DNA from: Desulfosporosinus paludis
Lineage (GTDB): Bacteria > Bacillota > Desulfitobacteriia > Desulfitobacteriales > Desulfitobacteriaceae
Reading direction: 5' to 3'
NCBI RefSeq assembly: GCF_045689965.1
Contig: NZ_CP144211.1
Span: 613,287 to 653,286 of the forward strand
Length of the DNA stretch: 40,000 nucleotides
Shown: one piece after another, positions 9,637-17,680 of the stretch
Layout: every line of letters starts with the position of its first letter
How positions within the stretch are numbered: position 1 is the stretch's first letter
Notes under the pieces: model-generated
Databases searched by the model: none
What the model was told of the DNA's origin: nothing
The model's input: the letters and a program-made list of their open reading frames with translations, nothing else
Made by a program: the position numbers and the translations under genes

Positions 9637-10208
9637 TTATTGAGAATTTTCCTTGTTTCTTTGTTCAATTTCATAAAGAATAAAAGCCCGGAGAATCTTC
9701 TTCTCACCGGGCTTTTTATCGTAGTACTCTTTAGGGCTCATGTTTTTAAAGCGAAAAAGAAGATAGGCCGTCTGCACGTTCCTATCTTCGTTAATTAGTT
9801 TTTTATTTCTTCCTCTTGCTTATCCTTATCCTCATCGTCTTTCTCGTAGCCGGAAAGTTCATTAATCCCGTTGTAGAGATCATCGATCTCACCGCTAAGC
9901 AGCAATCTCTTAATAAGTTCCTTGGGCGTAGGAGATCCGAAATGCTTCTGAAGTTCTTCATTCTTGAATACCTCAGGGCAACCTTCGATAATAATTAAGG
10001 TTTTCATTTTGTACATATTAATTTTTTTAACATCACCTTTGCGGAGTTCTAAAGCCCCTTCCTGAATCTCTGCATATTTTTCAGGATCGAGAGCCTTGCA
10101 GGGAAAGTCGAGAGGTTGTTTAAGTTTCCTGGATTGAATCGTGATAACCTTCGATGGAATTTCGATTTTACCAGCATCCATTTTTAACAGTTTTTCCACT
10201 ATGTTCAT
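9637..10208 (-). CDS. Tail assembly chaperone, -1 frameshift-extended form (GT-like)
   Basis: The -1 frame is open from the slippery site to the TAA at 9637-9639. It adds about 54 aa (LINEDRNVQTAYLLFRFKNMSPKEYYDKKPGEKKILRAFILYEIEQRNKENSQ). Confidence 0.55.
9682..9716. terminator. GC-rich hairpin flanked by A- and T-runs (bidirectional terminator-like), inside the frameshift-extension ORF
   Basis: AAAAGCCCGG-15 nt-CCGGGCTTTT, with T-runs on both strands. Confidence 0.4.
9759..9804 (-). promoter_or_regulatory. Programmed -1 ribosomal frameshift signal (slippery heptamer plus stem-loop)
   Basis: A_AAA_AAC (9798-9804) in the zero frame directly before the TAA stop. After an 8-nt spacer comes the stem GAAGATAGG / CCTATCTTC (9759-9789). 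Confidence 0.65.
9795..10208 (-). CDS. XkdN-like tail assembly chaperone
   Basis: Start moved to ATG 10208 (GGAGG SD; MNIVEKLLKMDAGK...). Acidic C-terminus. Lies between the tube gene and the tape measure. Confidence 0.8.
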   Translation of the reverse strand: MNIVEKLLKMDAGKIEIPSKVITIQSRKLKQPLDFPCKALDPEKYAEIQEGALELRKGDVKKINMYKMKTLIIIEGCPEVFKNEELQKHFGSPTPKELIKRLLLSGEIDDLYNGINELSGYEKDDEDKDKQEEEIKN

Positions 10209-10365
10209 CTTTATTTCCTCCTGTTTATCAAGAAATATGACCAGAAAATATAACGCAATTAGGATAATCACCCCAATAGGGGCATCCAAAACATAAAGGG
10301 CTATTTAAATAAAGAATTTCTAAGTATAGCGTAAAACTCTCCTCATAAAGAGAGAAAAGGACCTA

Positions 10366-10794
10366 CTAAATTACGTCTAGTAAATCCCAATCCATGAAAG
10401 TAAACGGTACACTCTCTTCACCGTTCTTTTTAGCTTCCCAATCGACAAGCGTTAATTCGTCAAACATGACTCCCATTAGCACAATCCGTTCAGCGCCTAA
10501 GCTTTGTGGATCTTCCAGGTTAGAGACAATGGTATGTTCTGGAGTTTTCCCAGCCTTGATATTATCACTGTTGGCCTTAATCATAGCCGAAGTCACTTTG
10601 TTCAGCTTAACAGTTCCCTTTAGCTCCATACCAGTAACCTTCTGACCACTCACGAGCTTACCGCATATATTTACGGCTGTTTTTGTCAGGGTAACCTTGG
10701 CCTGGAGGGCCGTAGTTTCTGCCATAAAGTTACCATCAAACCACATTTCTCCGAAAGTACCATTAACTACTTGATCGGCCGTATAATTATCCAT
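10366..10794 (-). CDS. Tail tube protein (XkdM-like)
   Basis: 142 aa, directly after the sheath gene, with an AAGGAGG SD. Confidence 0.85.
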   Translation of the reverse strand: MDNYTADQVVNGTFGEMWFDGNFMAETTALQAKVTLTKTAVNICGKLVSGQKVTGMELKGTVKLNKVTSAMIKANSDNIKAGKTPEHTIVSNLEDPQSLGAERIVLMGVMFDELTLVDWEAKKNGEESVPFTFMDWDLLDVI

Positions 10795-10805
10795 GGTTTA
10801 CCTCC

Positions 10806-11873
10806 TTAATTCAAAAATAGATTTAGGGTTAAGTCCTCCATGGCATCAAGAGGTCTGTCGGTGCCTGTTAGGAATACAAAAGAACCAGTATTTGCCTTTT
10901 TGATATCTAGCTCTTTCATCCCGCTTGTGTCTATCCCCTTACTCTGGAGATACGACGTTTGAGCTGCCACATCGATCCCAACACTGTTTTTGCCTATCTC
11001 TAAAAGCATTTGGTTTTCTAGACCTCCCAAATAAGTGTTAATAGCGGTAATGAGTAAGCACTTATGGTCATAGTCATTCGGGACCTTTCCGACATAATTG
11101 TCGCCAAACGTCCTCTTGATATCGTCATGCTGAAGATCCATTATGTCTACAATTTTGCACTTTTGCCAATCTGCGGTTTTGGTCGCCGTAAGCGTTACAA
11201 GGCTATTAACTGCTCGTGCAATTTTCACTTTCTCACCATCGTTTATAAGCAAAAGCTGACCAGCATTAATATTCGTGTCGAATTGAGTACTAGTCAAATG
11301 AGGAACATCCTTAACTTCAGGCAACACTTGGAATGTTGCGCTCATGGTGAGGGGATTCCCGGCCAGAATACCCGCTATCCTGCTGCAGTAATCCGTTGCG
11401 TTAACCGTCCCAGAAGCCACAATGATGTCATCTGTTCCAAAATTGATGATTCCTTCATGGTCTCCTGCAGTATTTGGAAGTACCATTTTTGATTTGATAT
11501 CCTTGGAATCGCGTAAGGCTTTAATCCAGGTTGCAACAACTAAGGCGTCTGCCGTATCGATCTCTGGTATGGCTCCATAGTCCCAGATAACTGTTTCTAG
11601 ATACGATGTTGCGGCTGAATAATCGGTTGCTGTCGTGGGAAGCACATAAACAATTAAGCTTACTGGCGCTTGATCTCCACCAATGAAAGCAAGATTTATT
11701 TGATTAAGATTATAAGTAGAGTAGTCTTGGGGAATTGCCTTAGGATCTGTATAAACATTGGGTCCGGCATGAACGGAATCCTTTAATACAAGGGCCACAA
11801 TGCCTTGTGATCCCCTTGATACAGCGCTTGAAGCCAGAGCCTTAAAGACTACTTCTATGTTAGGTAATCCCAT
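10806..11873 (-). CDS. Contractile tail sheath protein (XkdK-like)
   Basis: 355 aa. Sequence and position are typical of the small Xkd-type sheath. Confidence 0.9.
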   Translation of the reverse strand: MGLPNIEVVFKALASSAVSRGSQGIVALVLKDSVHAGPNVYTDPKAIPQDYSTYNLNQINLAFIGGDQAPVSLIVYVLPTTATDYSAATSYLETVIWDYGAIPEIDTADALVVATWIKALRDSKDIKSKMVLPNTAGDHEGIINFGTDDIIVASGTVNATDYCSRIAGILAGNPLTMSATFQVLPEVKDVPHLTSTQFDTNINAGQLLLINDGEKVKIARAVNSLVTLTATKTADWQKCKIVDIMDLQHDDIKRTFGDNYVGKVPNDYDHKCLLITAINTYLGGLENQMLLEIGKNSVGIDVAAQTSYLQSKGIDTSGMKELDIKKANTGSFVFLTGTDRPLDAMEDLTLNLFLN

Positions 11874-12309
11874 ATTCTTGACCTCCTAGATTTAAGTTTA
11901 GTGTTTCCATGGGGTCTGCTTCCGGAGTAGTATCTTCGATCTCATCATAAAAGTTAAGGTCAAACTTAACGGAATAGATGTGGTCTGTTTCGTCGATAAC
12001 TTCTGCCCGGAAGTTTTTCACCAATTTCTTTTTGGTCCCAATAACGAGTATTGGCGTCAGGACACCTTTCAAAGTGTCATACATTTGCAAGTTTTCCAGA
12101 TCGGTTCTGTTTGTGGAAAAGTAAACAATCTCAACCATTAAAGAATTTTCGCTGGTATCTTTCTTGAAGATATCGCTCGTAACAGGAGTTATGTTGACAA
12201 AAAAACAAGGCCGAGAAAATCCTTCCTTGACCTCGTTTCCATAAGTCTTTAAACCGACGGGGGCTATGGCGGCATTGATGGCCGACTTAATATCTATCAG
12301 TGTAATCAT
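11860..12309 (-). CDS. Tail completion/terminator protein (XkdJ position)
   Basis: 149 aa. Assignment is by synteny only. Confidence 0.55.
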   Translation of the reverse strand: MITLIDIKSAINAAIAPVGLKTYGNEVKEGFSRPCFFVNITPVTSDIFKKDTSENSLMVEIVYFSTNRTDLENLQMYDTLKGVLTPILVIGTKKKLVKNFRAEVIDETDHIYSVKFDLNFYDEIEDTTPEADPMETLNLNLGGQEYGIT

Positions 12310-12722
12310 TGTAAATCACCTAGAACGCTATCAAGCCAGCTCTCCACTTCAGCGGGCATAGTTTGCTCTAACTCCATCATAGCCGTTTCCACCATGTGCT
12401 TACCTGGCACAAACCCAATTTCCTGACCATTTTTGCCAACCATTCTATGTCCTTTTTCCACAAGATGAAAAAGAGGACTTGTGTTTGTCATGGTAATATT
12501 CGAACCGTCTTTATCGTAGTTCACCTTAGAAAGCTTATACTGGCTCTTAAGGTGTTTCTTATTTTTGCCGATCGGGGTCCTATTTTGAGAACTTGTTTTC
12601 AGCATTTTTCCTAATTTAAGAAGAATTTCCTCTTCTTTAAAAGGATATTTGGCTCTCACTTGATCTAATTTAGTCTGAAGGTCCTCGAGTCCTTGAAATT
12701 TTATTTCGAAGTCATCAGCCAT
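12306..12722 (-). CDS. HK97 gp10-family head-tail joining protein
   Basis: Start at ATG 12722 (MADDFEIKFQGLEDL...). Contains an HLVEKGH motif. Overlaps the upstream stop by 8 nt. Confidence 0.8.
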   Translation of the reverse strand: MADDFEIKFQGLEDLQTKLDQVRAKYPFKEEEILLKLGKMLKTSSQNRTPIGKNKKHLKSQYKLSKVNYDKDGSNITMTNTSPLFHLVEKGHRMVGKNGQEIGFVPGKHMVETAMMELEQTMPAEVESWLDSVLGDLQ

Positions 12723-13053
12723 TCTTAGCCACCCTCTCAAGAGCCATGATCTCAAGAAATACATTTCTCTCCATGATATTAATAATGTCGTCGATCAGAA
12801 AGATCCGATCTTGGTATTGTATCTGCATATCCGGGGTTAACCCTGATAAATAACGAATTGTAATTTTATGGGTTAGCTGAGCCTGATACTTTTTGGCTTC
12901 AAAAGAATCTTTGCCGCGTATTGGTTTTATGGACGCATAAACAGTTTTATAAATGCTGGGGACTAAAATGGTATCCCCAGCTTCATTTTCACCATCTCCC
13001 CATGTGAGGATATTAATTTTATTTCGCAATTCTCCCGGATTGAAATAAAACAT
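12715..13053 (-). CDS. Head closure / head-tail adaptor protein
   Basis: FNPGELR..I.I......ENEAGD...  Y.T..A.IKP..G.E motif pattern. TGATG overlap with the upstream gene. Confidence 0.8.
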   Translation of the reverse strand: MFYFNPGELRNKINILTWGDGENEAGDTILVPSIYKTVYASIKPIRGKDSFEAKKYQAQLTHKITIRYLSGLTPDMQIQYQDRIFLIDDIINIMERNVFLEIMALERVAKNG

Positions 13054-13565
13054 CAAGAAGGCATCACCACTTTCACGGCAGTATCAAGGGCGGCCTGAAT
13101 ATCATCCATGTTGGTATATCCTTGGCTCGGACGATTTGTTAAGATATTCTCAATTACGCTGTATTTGCTGGCGTGGCTCAACCGGTTGTAATTAAGGAGA
13201 TTCAAGCCAAGCATCCCGGATTCAAGGTATACCTTCATATCCTCAGAATACATGGCCTTATTTACATTTTGAACGGCTTGCAGCCCAACCGCTATTGTTT
13301 CAAGCTGGGAAAGGGAGCTGATCAGTCCAGACCTAAGTATATTAATCTGCGATGGCTGCATAACACCAAGATCGTATATGAGCGCCAGATGTAACCTAGC
13401 CGCTGCTTTTGCTTCTGGCCTGATGGGATCATCTGATACCCAGTCCCATCCCGTGGCTTCTCGGATATAGGCATCGACCTGTGGTAATATATCCGCAAGT
13501 TTTTCATCGGTCGGGTCAACCATTACAACGCGGGATGCTTCATCCGTTGTTAATATATTAGCCAC
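13053..13565 (-). CDS. Head-tail connector (gp6-like)
   Basis: 170 aa, GTG start with an AAGGAGGG SD, directly after the capsid gene. Confidence 0.7.
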   Translation of the reverse strand: MANILTTDEASRVVMVDPTDEKLADILPQVDAYIREATGWDWVSDDPIRPEAKAAARLHLALIYDLGVMQPSQINILRSGLISSLSQLETIAVGLQAVQNVNKAMYSEDMKVYLESGMLGLNLLNYNRLSHASKYSVIENILTNRPSQGYTNMDDIQAALDTAVKVVMPS

Positions 13566-13581
13566 AGGTCATCCCTCCTTT

Positions 13582-14847
13582 CTAATCAACGATGGCGTCA
13601 ATTGAAGCGACAGCTCCATCATCAATTTCCTTGCAGTCAGCACGCATAATTCCCCGGATTTCAGTGTTGTTGTTATACCAAGCATTACCGCCCACGGTTG
13701 TCGAAACCATTTCTAAACCGGCACGGCTGAACAGTGTAATGGCTGCCGAGGCATCCCCGATAATGATCCGGCTATGTGTTTTGGAATCCCCTACGGTTGT
13801 GGATGGTAGCAGGCGATTGGCCAGCAAGGCCACAGAACGTCCTTTAATCATATACTTCGTATCGTTGGTCGGATCCGGCTGCATGATATAGCGCCCTTGT
13901 GTGTCTTTGATGCTGTCGAGGAAATCAAAGCCGTCTTGATTGCAAAAGACGGTGGCATTAACGGAGATATCCGGATCCAAGACCACATTTATCACATGCT
14001 TTACGGTATCCAAGGCTGTTTTCGGTGCCGTTGTATCGGCCGGAATAGCAGTCAAGACATTGAGAATGGCGAGAATCAAGGCATTATTCGTTAAAACAAC
14101 CTTGCGCCCAAACCACTTCGATAAATAGGCCATAAGGTTTGCCGGTGTATCCGTTAAAAGATCATTGGAGACCGGCAAGAATCCACCATAATCTTTAACT
14201 TGGTAATCCACGCGCACAAAGGCCGGTTGTTCGGCGGCAGGGACCGGCGTATTCTGATCAAAGGTTGTAAAGGGTTGTTGGGCCACGGTTTTTTCAACAG
14301 CTCTCCAGCCGCTGAACGCCTGGACATTTTCCACGTTTACGTACTGGGAAAGATCCAGGAATTGACGTTGCCTTTCGATAATCAGGTTGTTAAAATCAGC
14401 CGGCAATAAAAATCCTCCGTCTGCGCCTGCCGGCGTTCCACCTGTCTCGGTAAGCGCTTTCATTAAAATTTCCATATCTGCAGGAGTTCCAGACTTCCTA
14501 AAATCTTTCGGCGTAATGTTGGCGGAAAGGGCCTTGAAAAAAGCATTGACATAATCATTGGATTTAAGGATCCCGGCATCTTTCATATCATTCGCTTTTT
14601 GGCGATCCACAGCAGGAACGAAACTCTTAGCAGGATCATTTCCTGCCGCAGCATCACGCATGGAGATATACATTTCCTCAGCATCTTTAGCTGCCTTGGT
14701 AAGCTTATCCAGGTCAGACTTCATGGCAAGGCCTTTTTCGGTTTCGTTAGCGTCGAACAATTTCTGGATTTCTACCGCCTTTGCTGTTTTGGCGCTATTC
14801 GCTGCCACCGCAGCGTCATAAAACTTCTTTAAATCAATGTTAGCCAT
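13582..14847 (-). CDS. Major capsid protein, HK97 family
   Basis: 421 aa with an N-terminal coiled delta-like region, following the protease gene. Confidence 0.9.
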   Translation of the reverse strand: MANIDLKKFYDAAVAANSAKTAKAVEIQKLFDANETEKGLAMKSDLDKLTKAAKDAEEMYISMRDAAAGNDPAKSFVPAVDRQKANDMKDAGILKSNDYVNAFFKALSANITPKDFRKSGTPADMEILMKALTETGGTPAGADGGFLLPADFNNLIIERQRQFLDLSQYVNVENVQAFSGWRAVEKTVAQQPFTTFDQNTPVPAAEQPAFVRVDYQVKDYGGFLPVSNDLLTDTPANLMAYLSKWFGRKVVLTNNALILAILNVLTAIPADTTAPKTALDTVKHVINVVLDPDISVNATVFCNQDGFDFLDSIKDTQGRYIMQPDPTNDTKYMIKGRSVALLANRLLPSTTVGDSKTHSRIIIGDASAAITLFSRAGLEMVSTTVGGNAWYNNNTEIRGIMRADCKEIDDGAVASIDAIVD

Positions 14848-15831
14848 TTATATCTCTCCTCCAGTTATAAATTTAATTTGGGCCTTGAAGGCCTTTACTT
14901 CGTCCGGTTCTTCATCGGAAGGTGGTATTTCGTCCGGATCTCCTGGCGTATCTGTGGGCGGATCATTCTCGGGTTCACCCATTGGGCCATCATCATCCGG
15001 CCATTCACCCACAAGCTCGTCTTCAATGGCGCGGGCCTGTTGTACACATTCCATTGCCTTGTCGCGAAGCTTACGAGCAGCTGATAGCTTTTTGATCGTC
15101 TCTGCGGATAAAGTGCGCCCATCTTTCAGGCCTTTTGTAACTCCTGCGGAGCGCTGTGCTGGAACGGCGACAAGGGAAAACTCATAAGCGTCTGTTGCAT
15201 CGTCGAGGATGACACGGCAAGTTTTTTCCACACCGTTTTCGGTATAGGTCTGACCTCGCCAGTGAGGGCAGCTTGAGGAGTAATATTCATTCCCACAGAT
15301 CGAACATGTGTCGGTATCGTTACTGAACGCTACACTCCCCTCTTTGAGAATTCCGCCATCAAGCGAAGCTATAATTTCCTCATTCGAGGGACGATTAAGC
15401 ATGTATGCCATTGCAATAAGCCGCATATACGGTTGACCATCTTCTGTCGTTTGACCTTGAACTGTTTCAACCTGTGTGCTGTAAATACGAGCCGTCTGGT
15501 CTTTTGCATTCCAACTGTGATTAAAGATGACCGTCTTGCCAATAAAAAGCGCCGACAGCTGATTTAGAGCGTTCGGCGTGAATTGTTCATATTGACGGTC
15601 CATTTCATTGTCGCAGAGATGAAGCTTAAGGGTATATACTTGATCGGCTGTGAGTGGAATCCGAGTATATTGATTGATTAGATCAAGGTCTGCTTGTTGC
15701 GCATCGCCGACAGCTTTGAGTGTTCCCGCTTTGCTCTCCTGCTTAGGTTTTGTTTTGGTCTTCGTTTTGATCACCCCCTCGGCTTGATGGTTGTGGCGGA
15801 ACTTGAGATTGCGAGAAGAATGGATTATCAA
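14848..15831 (-). CDS. Prohead protease (HK97/S78-like) with acidic C-terminal tail; start uncertain
   Basis: The EFSLVAVPAQRSA motif is typical of the prohead protease C-region. A Cys/His insert is present (CSICGNEYYSSSCPH). The TTG start lacks an SD and overlaps the portal gene by 89 nt. Confidence 0.6.
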   Translation of the reverse strand: MIIHSSRNLKFRHNHQAEGVIKTKTKTKPKQESKAGTLKAVGDAQQADLDLINQYTRIPLTADQVYTLKLHLCDNEMDRQYEQFTPNALNQLSALFIGKTVIFNHSWNAKDQTARIYSTQVETVQGQTTEDGQPYMRLIAMAYMLNRPSNEEIIASLDGGILKEGSVAFSNDTDTCSICGNEYYSSSCPHWRGQTYTENGVEKTCRVILDDATDAYEFSLVAVPAQRSAGVTKGLKDGRTLSAETIKKLSAARKLRDKAMECVQQARAIEDELVGEWPDDDGPMGEPENDPPTDTPGDPDEIPPSDEEPDEVKAFKAQIKFITGGEI

Positions 15832-17017
15832 CTGGTGAGTAATTGCGTGACATCCAGAACTTTTGACCTTCGGGATATCCGCTCAAATCTTCATCTTCTC
15901 TGGCTTCATTTTGATTAGTAACGCCCCAACCAATATTCTTCTGATTCACATCAGCTCGGGCCGTCGCGTCAATCTGCAGCAAGGCTTTCCGGTAAAACTT
16001 AAAATATGATGTATCCTGCTGATCTTCCGGCAGCCATTTCACCCGGGCTCCTTGCTCAATTTGGACTAAGTAAGGATCAAGGGTCCCGCCAAGGTAATCC
16101 AAGTTGTTTTGCTCGTTGGAGTTATAAGATTGTTTACCCATGTTAACCTTGTTAAGTGGCACTCCAAAGAAATTGCAAATTTCCACATCAGTCGCCTGAA
16201 TGCCCTGAAGGAATTGAAGGTCGATAGGCTTCATAGTAATTGGTTCAAATTTTTGGACTTTAGAATCCATTACCGCCAATCGGTAAGCATTTTGACTTCC
16301 TGCCATCTTCTTTTCAAACTCTGAACGCATGACATCACGGGCTTCAGGATTTAGTTCTCCGTTTGCCCAGAGGATGCCGGCAGGATTTAGACCCTGCTTG
16401 TACATTTTACCCTGAGTTTCATAGGCTCCCAATTGTCTACCAATACTTTCCCTGGCAAACTCAATAACAGAACGTCCGTATATTCCGTCAAGACTGTTAA
16501 TCATCAGTGGGAGGACTTCTACATCCGGGAGATAAGTAATCTCTCCATTATTAAAAACGGTTCGGTACCATAAGTTCCCGGAATCATCGTAATATGGGAG
16601 CGTACTATCTCCGCGGAGAACAAACATTTCCCGGCGGAATCCTCCGAACGCTGGGGGAGCCCATATGAAGGCGTTTCCCCATCCAATGAGCCATTCCATG
16701 ATTATTTTTTTGAAAATAAACGGCGTTAGGTATCGATTCGGTCTAACTTCAAGAAGCCAAGCAATGTTTTGCGTTTTGCTATCCGGCATAATCCGGTCAA
16801 TCTGAAACCGTTTTGGCTGGTTGTAGGTGTATAAAGGGATCTTGGCAACATCATCCGAGAGTACATTGACGCACCGATAAGCAGTAGCTACATTCTTTGC
16901 CGTTTCAACGGTGACAGTCTTTCCAGCGGATGAACTCCACCCACCCCATATATCACCGTATTGATAGATTGGAGAAAGGCCGGGAGGCATTCGCGCCAGG
17001 AGAGAAGATACAATCAA
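15743..17017 (-). CDS. Portal protein (HK97 family)
   Basis: 424 aa, TTG start with an AAGGAG SD. Position and sequence are typical of a portal. Confidence 0.9.
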   Translation of the reverse strand: MIVSSLLARMPPGLSPIYQYGDIWGGWSSSAGKTVTVETAKNVATAYRCVNVLSDDVAKIPLYTYNQPKRFQIDRIMPDSKTQNIAWLLEVRPNRYLTPFIFKKIIMEWLIGWGNAFIWAPPAFGGFRREMFVLRGDSTLPYYDDSGNLWYRTVFNNGEITYLPDVEVLPLMINSLDGIYGRSVIEFARESIGRQLGAYETQGKMYKQGLNPAGILWANGELNPEARDVMRSEFEKKMAGSQNAYRLAVMDSKVQKFEPITMKPIDLQFLQGIQATDVEICNFFGVPLNKVNMGKQSYNSNEQNNLDYLGGTLDPYLVQIEQGARVKWLPEDQQDTSYFKFYRKALLQIDATARADVNQKNIGWGVTNQNEAREDEDLSGYPEGQKFWMSRNYSPVDNPFFSQSQVPPQPSSRGGDQNEDQNKT

Positions 17018-17023
17018 GTGGCA

Positions 17024-17281
17024 TCACTCCTTACTTTCAATGACGAGTAAATCCGCATTCTCTTTGAGATATTCAGAGATTCTTGCGTATCCTTCAGTAT
17101 TGCTCTTCTCATCAAAGCCCCTGAATTTAACTCGTGCAGGATAAACTTCGGAAATCGTTCCATCCTCTTTGATGTTTACAACGATTTCCCACCCAAATGT
17201 ATGAAGAATCATGTTTATCCACCAAAGAAGACCGCTTGCTCGAAATTCTTGCCATGACTTTTTATCAATCATTTGTATCAC
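17024..17281 (-). CDS. Conserved small phage protein (85 aa)
   Basis: WQEFRASGLLWWINMILHTFGWEIV motif. GTGA overlap with the upstream gene. Confidence 0.6.
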   Translation of the reverse strand: MIQMIDKKSWQEFRASGLLWWINMILHTFGWEIVVNIKEDGTISEVYPARVKFRGFDEKSNTEGYARISEYLKENADLLVIESKE

Positions 17282-17481
17282 CTTTTCTTTTGAAATCTAT
17301 CAAAGAATTGATTCATTGCTGGGCTTCTTAAGGCTATCCCCGTCATAAAAGCCGCAATAAAAAAAGCGATTCCAAGAACGTAAGTCCCTAAAACTGCATT
17401 AACAAGATATGAGGCGATGATAAATGAGATAAGACCAAGGAAAACGAGGATATCATCGAGAAATGGGATTAAATGTTTCAT
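17278..17481 (-). CDS. Small membrane protein with two predicted TM helices
   Basis: Start at ATG 17481 (GGAG SD, ATGA overlap). Hydrophobic segments ILVFLGLISFIIASYLV and VLGIAFFIAAFMTGIAL. Confidence 0.6.
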   Translation of the reverse strand: MKHLIPFLDDILVFLGLISFIIASYLVNAVLGTYVLGIAFFIAAFMTGIALRSPAMNQFFDRFQKKR

Positions 17482-17666
17482 ATTACTCTCCGATTCCATG
17501 TGGCAATGGCATCTTCTTTATTCGGATACGAAAAGGTGTTCAAGGATATCAGCTTGTTTTTGTAGCAACTTGTGCACCATACAGAATATTCATCTTCGTC
17601 ATGCCTATGATACGTTCTGATTTCTGCTTTTCCTCCGCAAAAAGGGCATGGCTTTAAGTTTTCCAT
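17478..17666 (-). CDS. Lar-family (restriction alleviation-like) zinc-ribbon protein
   Basis: KPCPFCGG...VWCTSC...EDAIATWNRR matches the Lar family signature as I recall it. Confidence 0.65.
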   Translation of the reverse strand: MENLKPCPFCGGKAEIRTYHRHDEDEYSVWCTSCYKNKLISLNTFSYPNKEDAIATWNRRVI

Positions 17667-17680
17667 AAATTATTCCTCCC

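Noticed and set aside
9637-9741. Independent 34-codon ORF (MSPKEYYDKK...)
   Set aside because: No SD precedes its ATG. The same frame is open upstream to the slippery site, so it is better read as part of the -1 frameshift extension.
9759-9789. Hairpin first read as an intrinsic terminator after the chaperone gene
   Set aside because: It sits 8 nt after an A_AAA_AAC heptamer at the gene end, and the -1 frame is open. That fits a frameshift-stimulating stem-loop better, though some termination cannot be excluded.
9379-9798. 139-aa plus-strand ORF across the chaperone-tape measure spacer
   Set aside because: It is antisense to the 90-aa moron gene and the frameshift extension. It has no SD and a low-complexity Ser/Phe-rich translation.
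10209-10289. N-terminal extensions of track ORFs here and at 12723-12764, 17482-17499, 20025-20090, 20477-20542, 21447-21521, 27639-27680 and 32877-33029
   Set aside because: In each case an internal start has a proper SD and/or stop-start coupling, and the extension overlaps upstream genes or promoters.
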